A stretch of 63,150 nt of DNA, the filler included, from a candidate division WOR-3 bacterium (GTDB lineage: Bacteria; SDB-A): the NCBI GenBank assembly GCA_016934535.1. It is 3 parts of 3 records of this genome, joined end to end, with 100 filler letters (N's around TTAATTAATTAA, not from the genome) between each part and the next. Parts side by side here need not be neighbours in the genome. Positions count along the whole stretch, not along the records: positions 1 to 30,163 come from JAFGSQ010000029.1; 2 more parts are not named here. One strand, 5' to 3'. Each line of letters starts with the position of its first letter. The first letter of the stretch is position 1. The notes below the pieces were generated by a model, which was not told where the DNA came from, ran no database searches, and saw nothing but the letters and a program-made list of their open reading frames with translations. The position numbers and the translations under genes are program-made. Shown here one piece after another: positions 18,416-27,099 of this stretch.

Positions 18416-19483
18416 ATGCAGAATTTCATTTCCATTGCAGTGAGCGGAAAAGGGGAAAAAGAAAAGGAAAAAAACCTCATCCTTCTCGATGAGATGGACG
18501 GTCTTTTGAGAACTCTCGGATTGCAGGTCAGGGAAAAGTTTTTTCAGGTCAGAGATAAGCCCGACAGCAGGTTTTATGCGGGCAAAGGGAAAATTGAAGA
18601 GGTCAGAGACTGCGCTGAAAAAATTGGCTCAAGTTCTCTAGTATTCATAAACGAACTCTCAGGATCTCAGATAAGGAATGTAGAAAATGAGACTGGCCTT
18701 GAAGTTTGCACGAGAAAAGACATCATTCTCGAGATATTCAAAAATCACGCCAAGAGCAAAATTGCCATGGCCGAAGTCGAGACTGCCCAGTTGAAACACA
18801 AACTCAGCAGAATAGTCGGAGGTTTCGACTACATGTCGAGGCAGGCGGGAGGAATAGGCACGAAAGGACCGGGCGAGACCAAGCTCGAAACTGAAAAAAG
18901 GGCGATAAAGAAGAGGATTTCCTGTCTCGACGAAATAATAAAAAAGAACAAAGCCTCGCTGGCGATGCAGAAAGAGCGAAGGAGCGGAAAATTCAGGGTC
19001 TCGCTTGTCGGATACACAAATTCGGGAAAGACGACGCTTCTCAATGCGCTCACAGGAGCCCAGGCAAAAACCTCCGATATGATGTTCTCGACGATTGACA
19101 CGACTACGAGACAGATGAAACACGGCGACTGGCGGAAAACCGTTTTAATCTCGGACACAGTCGGTTTCGTCGAAGAACTGCCTTTCGAACTTGTCGAGTC
19201 TTTCAAATCGACTCTTGAAGAAGTCGCCGAATCAGACCTGAGGCTTCTTGTGGCAGATTTTTCGGAAGAAAATTACGCCGTAAAGATTGAGTCGGTCGAA
19301 AAGATACTCGAAAATATAAAATGCGGTGAAAAAGACAAGATAATACTCCTCAACAAAATAGACGCCGCACCCAGCGACGTTTATCCCAACGGAGATAAAT
19401 ACAGGATTATATCCGGTAAGACGGGAAAAGGTCTCGATGAACTCAAAAAAGAGATTTTGAAAAGGGCGGCTCAAAAAAAATGA
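18416..19483 (+). CDS. hflX: Ribosome-splitting GTPase HflX (short form lacking the C-terminal extension)
   Basis: GKGKIEE, GGIGTKGPGETKLE, GYTNSGKT, DTVGF, FKSTLEE, NKID. Confidence 0.93.
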   Translation: MQNFISIAVSGKGEKEKEKNLILLDEMDGLLRTLGLQVREKFFQVRDKPDSRFYAGKGKIEEVRDCAEKIGSSSLVFINELSGSQIRNVENETGLEVCTRKDIILEIFKNHAKSKIAMAEVETAQLKHKLSRIVGGFDYMSRQAGGIGTKGPGETKLETEKRAIKKRISCLDEIIKKNKASLAMQKERRSGKFRVSLVGYTNSGKTTLLNALTGAQAKTSDMMFSTIDTTTRQMKHGDWRKTVLISDTVGFVEELPFELVESFKSTLEEVAESDLRLLVADFSEENYAVKIESVEKILENIKCGEKDKIILLNKIDAAPSDVYPNGDKYRIISGKTGKGLDELKKEILKRAAQKK

Positions 19484-20475
19484 AACCTTTGTCTTCAATG
19501 CTGAATCCTGAAGATTATTGGCCGGGACTTTGGAACCTGAGGAATGATCCCGCGGCCGCGAATCACTGGTCGGAAGTATTTCGACTCAACACTGAGTTCA
19601 TAGCGAATCTGATCGAATCCATAAAAAATGAAAAAAAAGCCGACGAATACAGAAAGAAAATGACGAATGCATCAAGAGGGATTTTGGACGGTGAATACGC
19701 GACTGTTCACGGCGTCACGCTGACGAGGCAAAAAGTTTTGGACGAGATAGGAGTTCCCGATCCTTTTTTGAGTATCAAGGACAAAGAAAACGAAGAAGCG
19801 ATAACACTACTCAAAAGTCTGCGCGGTGCGCCTGAAGAAAACCGATGTTTTTTTTCTTTAGCCGTAGAGTGTCTTTTGGCTGGAAATTGTTTCGACATGG
19901 GCAACTACGAAACCGCAGTCATGTGGAAGAAGGGAGAATTGGGTTTTTCATATCCGAAAAATCCGAAAAACAGGGACGATTTATTCGATAAATTGTCAGA
20001 ACTTAAGAACAAATCCTGTGTTATGCTCGCGGACAACGCGGGTCATGATTTTACCTTGGGAATAGTGTTTTTGTCCAAAGCTCTCGCGAGAAACGGGTAT
20101 AAAGTGGCGGTTGCCGCAAATTCCGGCCCCGCGCTCAACGACGTTACTTTTATAGAATGTTTGACTGTTTCGGAAAAAATTTCCGCCTTCGATACGGAAT
20201 GGAAAGAATTTAATGATTCGGGAATAATTGACTTCGTTGAAACCGGCTGTATAACCCCCGGAATAGACCTTTCGGCGGTTGATGAAAAATTTGACGTAGA
20301 GGTTTCAAGAACCGGAGTGGTGATTTTCACAGGACAGGGAAGATCGATAGAGACGACTTACAACGCCAGCCTTTCAAAACCTGTTCTGAGAATCGCTAAA
20401 ATCAAGGATTCTTTTGTCGCTTCATATTTGAAGAAACGGCAATTCGGCGATTTTGTCGAGACGAGGGGATTATGA
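19480..20475 (+). CDS. DUF89/ARMT1-family damage-control phosphatase (PANK4-C-terminal-like)
   Basis: DPF..IK..EN, LAGNCFDMG, DNAG.D..LG, AANSGPALNDVT, GQGRSIETT. Confidence 0.8.
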   Translation: MKPLSSMLNPEDYWPGLWNLRNDPAAANHWSEVFRLNTEFIANLIESIKNEKKADEYRKKMTNASRGILDGEYATVHGVTLTRQKVLDEIGVPDPFLSIKDKENEEAITLLKSLRGAPEENRCFFSLAVECLLAGNCFDMGNYETAVMWKKGELGFSYPKNPKNRDDLFDKLSELKNKSCVMLADNAGHDFTLGIVFLSKALARNGYKVAVAANSGPALNDVTFIECLTVSEKISAFDTEWKEFNDSGIIDFVETGCITPGIDLSAVDEKFDVEVSRTGVVIFTGQGRSIETTYNASLSKPVLRIAKIKDSFVASYLKKRQFGDFVETRGL

Positions 20476-21137
20476 AAAAAATCACCGGATTATTTGTGGC
20501 TGTCTTATCGACAGGAATTCTCGCCTTTCAGATATTTAATTCCCTGCCGAAAACAAGAGAAATCGGACAAGGACCGGTCCCGGATATATCCTTTGAGAAG
20601 GAGATATATTGGGAAAAAGCCCGTGAAGAGATTTATGTTTTCATTATGAATTCCGGATCGCGAATCAAGCCGGACACGGCCGATTTAATTGCCGCCGCGA
20701 TAGTCGAAAACGCGCAATACTCGGATCTGAATCCATACGTAATAGCGGCTGTAATATTCGCTGAAAGCAGATTCAGGCACGACGCCGTGGGATCGTCAGG
20801 AGACGCGGGCCTCATGCAGATAATTCCGTCCACGGCCAAGCTGATTTCAGAGGCCGTGTCACAGACCCCGTACAACATAAAAGACATAGAAACCAACGTG
20901 AAGTTCGGATGCTGGTATCTTTCTGCGATGAAGACGAGATACGGCGGAAATTATGTGCAAATCCTTGGAATGTACAACCAGGGAGGAGACTGGAGGGGAG
21001 CAGGCGAAAGGTATGCTCAAAACGTTATAAGACAAGCCGAAGAGCAGGGATTGCCTTTGGGTTTGCTTATTTTGTACGACGAAATGAATGTTCAAAAAAA
21101 CGCCGATGATTTATTAGAACTGAACAAAAAAAGTTAA
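20472..21137 (+). CDS. SLT-domain lytic transglycosylase
   Basis: AES (catalytic Glu), GLMQI, YN motifs; N-terminal anchor. Confidence 0.88.
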   Translation: MKKITGLFVAVLSTGILAFQIFNSLPKTREIGQGPVPDISFEKEIYWEKAREEIYVFIMNSGSRIKPDTADLIAAAIVENAQYSDLNPYVIAAVIFAESRFRHDAVGSSGDAGLMQIIPSTAKLISEAVSQTPYNIKDIETNVKFGCWYLSAMKTRYGGNYVQILGMYNQGGDWRGAGERYAQNVIRQAEEQGLPLGLLILYDEMNVQKNADDLLELNKKS

Positions 21138-21168
21138 TTTTAAATATTGTTGTGATATTATAAAAGGC

Positions 21169-21654
21169 ATGAAAAAAATTGTTATTAAACTCGCTGTTTG
21201 CTCTGGGGGACAGACGGGAATAGACAGAGCGGCTCTCGACGCCGCAGTCGAGATCGGGCTGTTGACGGGAGGATGGTGCCCCAAAGGCAGAAAAGCCGAA
21301 GACGGTAAGGTCCCTGCAAAATACAGAATGATAGAGACTCCGACTTCTCATTACTGGGAAAGGACAAGGCTGAACGTAATTCAGAGCGACGCGACCCTGG
21401 TGGTGACGAAAAAAGAATGCAGAAACAGCGCAGGAACCAATCTCACGTTGAAATACGCCAAACAGTACAAAAAACCTCACAAAGTCTGTAAAATCGGAAC
21501 CGGTGAAATAAAAGAAACGGTGAACTGGCTCGCTAAAATCAGACCATCTATTTTAAACATCGCAGGGCCGAGAGAATCCCATTCACCAGGAATCTACAAT
21601 GAAGCCAAAGAATACATCAAAGCTGTCCTTGAAAATTACGTCTCCTCTAGATGA
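21169..21654 (+). CDS. YpsA-like SLOG family protein (putative molybdenum carrier annotation)
   Basis: SGGQTGIDRAALD, GGWCPKGR.AEDG, RT..NV..SDATL, LNIAGPRES. Confidence 0.85.
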   Translation: MKKIVIKLAVCSGGQTGIDRAALDAAVEIGLLTGGWCPKGRKAEDGKVPAKYRMIETPTSHYWERTRLNVIQSDATLVVTKKECRNSAGTNLTLKYAKQYKKPHKVCKIGTGEIKETVNWLAKIRPSILNIAGPRESHSPGIYNEAKEYIKAVLENYVSSR

Positions 21655-22363
21655 GATATGTTTCATAGGAGACGCTCATTTCGGCTCGGAAGCTACCGAG
21701 AAAGAAATCCTCAAAAAAAAGCTATTCTCGGGATTGTTAGAGCGACTTTCTGAAAAAAATATCCCGGTGATATTTAACGGCGATATTTTTGATTTTCTGT
21801 TTGATTACGGAAAGTTCATCGAAGTCGACAACATGAAAATTCTCATAGAGATATTTCAGCTTTCGAAAAAGTGTCCGAATGTGGTTTTTGTTCTCGGAAA
21901 CCATGACCTGTGGGGTAAAAAGCTGATCGAAGAAAGCACGGGAATCAAATGCTGTGAGGAACTTGAACTGGATTTCAACGGGAAAAAATTCTGGGTGTCT
22001 CACGGCGAAACTATAGACAAAAACACCCCCGGGGACAAATTTGCGCGTTTTGTCCTCAGAAATAAAGGCAGTATTTTTCTTTTCAGAACTATACATCCCA
22101 AAATCGGACTCGTTTTGGCGAGAGCTATTTCAAAAATGAGCAGGGGAAGATCAAAAAAATTGAATTTTACTTTTGAAAAATACATCAGGTTCGCAAAAAT
22201 CAAATGGAACCAGGATTTTGATTACGTCTTGCTGGGACATCTCCACAAACCGTTTATATACAGCGAAAGCGGCAAAAAACTAGGAATAATAGGAGACTGG
22301 ATAAACCATAACACCGTAATATTTTATAAAAAAGGATACCTTTTCCATAAAATCGTCGGCTGA
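21629..22363 (+). CDS. UDP-2,3-diacylglucosamine hydrolase-like metallophosphoesterase (LpxH family)
   Basis: DAH, GDIFD, GNHD, HG, GHLH, GDW; start uncertain (TTG 21629). Confidence 0.8.
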   Translation: MKITSPLDEICFIGDAHFGSEATEKEILKKKLFSGLLERLSEKNIPVIFNGDIFDFLFDYGKFIEVDNMKILIEIFQLSKKCPNVVFVLGNHDLWGKKLIEESTGIKCCEELELDFNGKKFWVSHGETIDKNTPGDKFARFVLRNKGSIFLFRTIHPKIGLVLARAISKMSRGRSKKLNFTFEKYIRFAKIKWNQDFDYVLLGHLHKPFIYSESGKKLGIIGDWINHNTVIFYKKGYLFHKIVG

Positions 22364-22368
22364 ATTCT

Positions 22369-23625
22369 CTACGACAGAATATGTATCGCCAAACCACTCC
22401 TGAGTTTGGGTTCAAACCATGTTGATTTCGGCGGCATCGTTTTCCCGCTGTCGGCAATGGCTATAAGCTCTTCAATGCTGACCGGATAGAGAGAAAAAGC
22501 GACTGCGAACTTTCCGCTGTCTACCAATCTTTTCAATTCTACGACGCCTCTTATCCCGCCGATGAAATCCACCCGTTTATCTGTGCGGGGGTCTGCAATG
22601 CCGAGAATGGGGTCGAGTATATTTTTTTGAAGTATATTGACATCGAGAAGCTCCAGAGGATCTTTGGAGCCGAGAAGCACTTTTCTGGTTCTGAGAGAGT
22701 AAAATTCACCGTCCAGATACATCAGAAAACAATGCATTTCGGAAGGTTTGCATTTTTCCGGATCAGGACAGTTTATTTTACCGATTTCGAAAGATTTTTC
22801 TATCTCTTTGAGAAAGCTGTTTTTATCTCTTCGGTTCAGGTCTTTGACAACCCGGTTGTAATCAATTATGTTCATTTGATTGTGAGGAAATATGACTGAC
22901 AGAAAGAAATTGTACTCTTCATCGCCCGTGTGAGAGGTATTTTTTTCCCTGTACAAGGCTCTCGCACGTACGGCAGACGCACTCCGGTGATGTCCGTCGG
23001 CGACATAGAGAGTGCCGATTTTCATGAAACTGTTTCTCAGAAATTCGACGTCTTTTTTATCCGAAACCCGCCAAAAAGTATGCGCTATCCCGTCTTCTGT
23101 CCTGAAGTCGTACAGGGGAGGTTTTGTTTTGACGAAAGAAAAGACAAATTCGTCAATTTCTTTTCGGGCCAGGTATGTTAGAAAAACAGGGCCGGTATTG
23201 GCGTTCAAAGACAATATGTGCTTTAATCGGTCGTTTTCTTTGTCTTTTCTTGTCAGTTCGTGTTTTTTTATTACGTCTGCTTCGTAATCGTCGGCGCTGG
23301 CGCAAGCCACAATTCCGATTTGGCTGTGGTCCCCCATTATTTGTCTGTAAAGATAATAGTTTGCTTCCTCTTCCATTGCAAGCCAGCCTTTTTCGAGGAA
23401 TTTCTTCATGTTTTCCGCGCCTTTTTCATACACCTTGTCGTCGTAAAGATCTATGGAAGGATCAAGATCGATTTCGGGTTTTGTGATGTGAAGGAAAGCG
23501 AGTTCATTGCCGCCGGCAATATGCCTTGCTTCTTCAGACGATATCACGTCGTAGGGGAAGGAAGCGACTTTGTCTGCGATTTCGGCGGGCGGTCTGACGG
23601 CCCTGAAAGGTCTCACGTCTGCCAT
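22369..23625 (-). CDS. DUF1015 family protein
   Basis: PYDV, IKKHELTR, YVADGHHR, MPPKSTWFEPKLRSGL. Confidence 0.9.
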   Translation of the reverse strand: MADVRPFRAVRPPAEIADKVASFPYDVISSEEARHIAGGNELAFLHITKPEIDLDPSIDLYDDKVYEKGAENMKKFLEKGWLAMEEEANYYLYRQIMGDHSQIGIVACASADDYEADVIKKHELTRKDKENDRLKHILSLNANTGPVFLTYLARKEIDEFVFSFVKTKPPLYDFRTEDGIAHTFWRVSDKKDVEFLRNSFMKIGTLYVADGHHRSASAVRARALYREKNTSHTGDEEYNFFLSVIFPHNQMNIIDYNRVVKDLNRRDKNSFLKEIEKSFEIGKINCPDPEKCKPSEMHCFLMYLDGEFYSLRTRKVLLGSKDPLELLDVNILQKNILDPILGIADPRTDKRVDFIGGIRGVVELKRLVDSGKFAVAFSLYPVSIEELIAIADSGKTMPPKSTWFEPKLRSGLAIHILS

Positions 23626-23691
23626 TTATTTCTCCTGCTAAGATTTGGTGAAGACAACTTATGTTTTAAATTGAGAGATTATGACTGCTTA

Positions 23692-24402
23692 TTATCTGAA
23701 AAATCCTTTTTTATGTTTTCTTCTCGATATTCTTCTTGATCTTTCTTCTTCGGTCTCTTTGCCGACGGGCTTTTCTTCTTCCACATCTTCTTCCTCTTCG
23801 TAAAGGTCGTCGAGCTGATCTTCCATGAGAGGCGGTTCATTGTTTTCCTGTTTTTCACCGGAGTTGTCCGATACTTTCGCAAGGCCTGTTCTTATAAGCG
23901 AATATACAATTTTGGCCGTTTCGAGCTGAGAAAAACCGGTGGTTAATGAAAGCTCCTTCAAACTTTTCAAGTCGTCTACCTGAGCCGCAATTATCCATTG
24001 GGGAGGAGAAACTTTCACCTCTTTGACGGAAGGGTCGGGAATAAGTTTGACGGACAGGTTCAGATCGGGTATCGCTTTGGTTATTTCTTCCCATTCCTTG
24101 AGCTGAGACTGCAGAGACTCGTAAGCATTGTCAATGGGAAGATCAAAATGGCTGTTTCGAATATTTTCTGAAGGTACGAATTCAAAAGCTCCGTCTTTCA
24201 GCTGAAACAGGTTAAAAAGAGCTACTTCCCCGCTGTTCTCGTCTCCGTCCATGGCGTAAACAATTGCCGAGCCTTTAAAGTGTATCTCACCCATGACTTT
24301 ATCGGAGACAATCTTCAAAATACCGTTTTTGTTGCTCATTTTTATAAACTGAAGAATAGTCGGTATTTCGAAATCCGTAAGTTTACCGCTCAATGCCGCC
24401 AT
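23692..24402 (-). CDS. DUF4388 (PATAN) domain plus winged-helix protein with charged tail
   Basis: LSGKLTDFEIPTILQ...GILKI...GEIHF...YA...G.FEF; second domain SLKELS..TGFSQLETAKIVYSLIRTGL. Confidence 0.8.
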   Translation of the reverse strand: MAALSGKLTDFEIPTILQFIKMSNKNGILKIVSDKVMGEIHFKGSAIVYAMDGDENSGEVALFNLFQLKDGAFEFVPSENIRNSHFDLPIDNAYESLQSQLKEWEEITKAIPDLNLSVKLIPDPSVKEVKVSPPQWIIAAQVDDLKSLKELSLTTGFSQLETAKIVYSLIRTGLAKVSDNSGEKQENNEPPLMEDQLDDLYEEEEDVEEEKPVGKETEEERSRRISRRKHKKGFFR

Positions 24403-24412
24403 GTGACCTCCT

Positions 24413-25363
24413 TTAAAGAGAAAGTGTCAAGGTAATGACATGCGCCTGACCGAGGCTGGACGTGTAAGGTACGAAGGCGTAGTCGAAGGTGATGTTTTTC
24501 CACAGGTAACCGAATCCGGCGGTGAAAGATTGAGTGTCGTAATTGAACTTTCCGCCGAATCTCAGTGAAAAATGGCTCGAATGGGTAATTTCCGCTCCCG
24601 CGTCAACCCGCAATCTGACATCCGGCGATTTCCATACGTCGAGAGCCAGGCATTCCTGCATATTCCAGACAGATGGAAGAGTAAAAGCAAATCCTGCTCT
24701 CCAAGTGAGAGGAAGCCTGGACAAAGTTTTTGAATCTTTGATCATCGAATATTTCGGGCCCAGGTTTTCAAGAGTTGCTCCGAATTTCAACCTGTCGAAC
24801 GGACGATAAAGAACGCCGAAATCAAACGCGTAAACAGTTGCGCTGTATTCGAATATCCTTTCGTGGATTATTTTGGTTCTGAGTCCAACAGACATGTCGC
24901 TGTACAATCTGTAAGCGCCGGAAAGGGAAGCCGAGAAATCGAAAGCGCTGAAATCACCCTGTGATTCACCGGGACCCGTCCTGTACTCCATTCCGCCGAC
25001 GAAAAGGCCGCTCGCAGAGAAACCGATCGCTTTTCCGGAACCGGAAAACAAGAATCCGGCGAACTCCTGATGTATGCCCTGAACGAGGTTCTGATGATTG
25101 AATACGAAGCTTTTTTGCGGTTCGGGCGTGAGCATTTTTGCCGGATTGCTGTAAACACCGCCTGCCCCTTCGTTCACCGCTGCGCTCGTTCCACCCATGG
25201 CTGCTTGTCTGGCCGAAACAGGGAGTTTAAGAAAAGACATGCCTATGCCTGTTTCCTCTTTTTCAAAAGTCTTCTCATACCATTCCGAAAAACCGTCGGA
25301 AAAAATCATCTGGGAATTTATTATAAGCAATATGATTATCGCAGTCGTCCGCTTCAAAATCAT
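24413..25363 (-). CDS. PorV/PorQ (UPF0164) family outer-membrane beta-barrel
   Basis: Signal peptide; FLKLPVSARQAAMGG...YSNPA; FDYAFVPY..LGQAHVITL. Confidence 0.82.
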   Translation of the reverse strand: MILKRTTAIIILLIINSQMIFSDGFSEWYEKTFEKEETGIGMSFLKLPVSARQAAMGGTSAAVNEGAGGVYSNPAKMLTPEPQKSFVFNHQNLVQGIHQEFAGFLFSGSGKAIGFSASGLFVGGMEYRTGPGESQGDFSAFDFSASLSGAYRLYSDMSVGLRTKIIHERIFEYSATVYAFDFGVLYRPFDRLKFGATLENLGPKYSMIKDSKTLSRLPLTWRAGFAFTLPSVWNMQECLALDVWKSPDVRLRVDAGAEITHSSHFSLRFGGKFNYDTQSFTAGFGYLWKNITFDYAFVPYTSSLGQAHVITLTLSL

Positions 25364-25368
25364 TTAAT

Positions 25369-26019
25369 TCACTCTCCTATGATGTTGCTTGATTCATTTA
25401 AAAAGCCGTTTCTTTTTGCTCCTTCATCTATATATTCACTGACAGCTTTGACGAGATTTTTCAAATGTGACTTCCTCGGTTGAGTCATGTCTATCCATTC
25501 CTGAACGAGATCGTCAAAGTAGTATTCTATCCAAGAACCGGCTATATTCGAAGCTGAATCTTTAACTTTTTTGACGATTTCGTTGAGGCCGCTTTCAGTC
25601 AGCATCTGCTCTGCGGCGATTTTTTTTGTCTTTTTTTCTTCAATCGTGCTCAGTATGCTTTTCTCGGATTCGTCGGTGAAAGTCCCTTTAAGCAATTCCG
25701 AAGAATCCAGCATGGATTGTATCATTTCATTTTCTACCGATTTGCTCGAGGTAAGAGACACGATGAACCCTCCGTCAAAATCCTTCATATATATCAACCC
25801 TTCGGCGTAAATCCAGCTTATGACACCGCCTTTTATTCCGGATTTCTTGAGCGCATCCCACAGGATTACCAACGATCTTCCGATGTCTTCCGAATCCTGA
25901 ATCGGAATCGAGAGATTTGAATGTTTTGTCTTGCCTGTCAAACTGAAGATCATTATTCCCTTTACGTTTTCCTTTCCTGTAAAAACTTTTTCGACATCCT
26001 GTAAAGCCGCCGAAATCAT
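25369..26019 (-). CDS. Roadblock/LC7 (MglB-like) domain protein with C-terminal helical domain
   Basis: helix-VKGIMIFSLTGK-helix-three-strand pattern; PATAN gene context. Confidence 0.55.
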   Translation of the reverse strand: MISAALQDVEKVFTGKENVKGIMIFSLTGKTKHSNLSIPIQDSEDIGRSLVILWDALKKSGIKGGVISWIYAEGLIYMKDFDGGFIVSLTSSKSVENEMIQSMLDSSELLKGTFTDESEKSILSTIEEKKTKKIAAEQMLTESGLNEIVKKVKDSASNIAGSWIEYYFDDLVQEWIDMTQPRKSHLKNLVKAVSEYIDEGAKRNGFLNESSNIIGE

Positions 26020-27086
26020 CTGTTTATCTCTTTTTTAATGTTTTCGTGAGTGATTTTAGGAGCCAGTAAAAATATCTGGTTCTCGGAAATACCCGTTTTT
26101 ATCCAGAGTTCGCGGTCGGATATGAACAATACGATTTCGCTGAGATTGTGAAAAGAGAATTTTTTCCCAATGTTCCTGCCCCATTCGTTGAGGAAGAAAC
26201 TCGCTTTGACGGCGCTGCGGGCGACCGGTTCGTTGTTCGTTTCGAGGATTTTCCATTTTTCGTCAAGCCTAACTGAAGCTTCGACGCCTTTGGCGGAGGC
26301 AATTTTATCGTAACTGTTTTTGTCTCCGGGTACGTTTTTTGGCGACGAGGCATAGGTCTTTTTTGACTCTTTCTTTTCACCGTCTTTTTTGGCATTTTCG
26401 TCGAAAGCTCTCGCCGCTTCGAGCAAAAGAAAAGAAACGTCTACTGAGCCTGTCTCATCCGGCGGGTCAGCCCAATGAAGCACGTTGAATATCCCGCTGT
26501 CCCAGGACAGCATCAGGTTGAACGCCTCTATCATCTGACAGCCTTCGGCCACGGCGTAAACAAGTTTGCCGTTTTTTATATACATCTCTCCGGTCCCTTT
26601 GGATGATACGACGGATATCCTTCTGTTACCGCCTGTGAGAGAGACAATTTGGATCAAATCGAACGGTGAAATGGATTCGATTTTGGCTTCGAATTCTCTG
26701 GAAGGCTGCATTATTTCTTCCACTTTCTGCGCGAACTCATCTAGGTCGAAAGGTTTTTCAATGTAAAGAACAGCTCCATTGTTGATGGCTATTCTCTGTG
26801 CCGTAGGTGACCCGTGAGCGGTTATGACCGCAACTTTCGTCAGAGGAGAAAAATCCTTCATCCAACCCATGAGTTGAAAACCGTCTACGTACGGCATTTT
26901 GAGATCGGTTACGACGAGATCGAAGGAGTTGTTCTTAAGTTTTTTTATGGCTTCCCGGGGATCCCATTCGATTTCAGTTTCGAATCCGGATTCGGACAAT
27001 CTTTCACCGACTAGAGAAGCTATGTCGGCTTCGTCGTCAATAACCATCACTTTTTTCTTTTTCTCCGAAAAAAGCGAATCTTTCAT
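26016..27086 (-). CDS. Response regulator REC-DUF4388(PATAN)-Roadblock-like
   Basis: VIDDE, VTDLKMP, ITAHG, EKPF; ISPFDLIQ...GEMYIKNGKLVYA...LSWDSG.F; C-terminal GVEASVRLD..W. Confidence 0.82.
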   Translation of the reverse strand: MKDSLFSEKKKKVMVIDDEADIASLVGERLSESGFETEIEWDPREAIKKLKNNSFDLVVTDLKMPYVDGFQLMGWMKDFSPLTKVAVITAHGSPTAQRIAINNGAVLYIEKPFDLDEFAQKVEEIMQPSREFEAKIESISPFDLIQIVSLTGGNRRISVVSSKGTGEMYIKNGKLVYAVAEGCQMIEAFNLMLSWDSGIFNVLHWADPPDETGSVDVSFLLLEAARAFDENAKKDGEKKESKKTYASSPKNVPGDKNSYDKIASAKGVEASVRLDEKWKILETNNEPVARSAVKASFFLNEWGRNIGKKFSFHNLSEIVLFISDRELWIKTGISENQIFLLAPKITHENIKKEINR

Positions 27087-27099
27087 TTTGTATGGTCTT

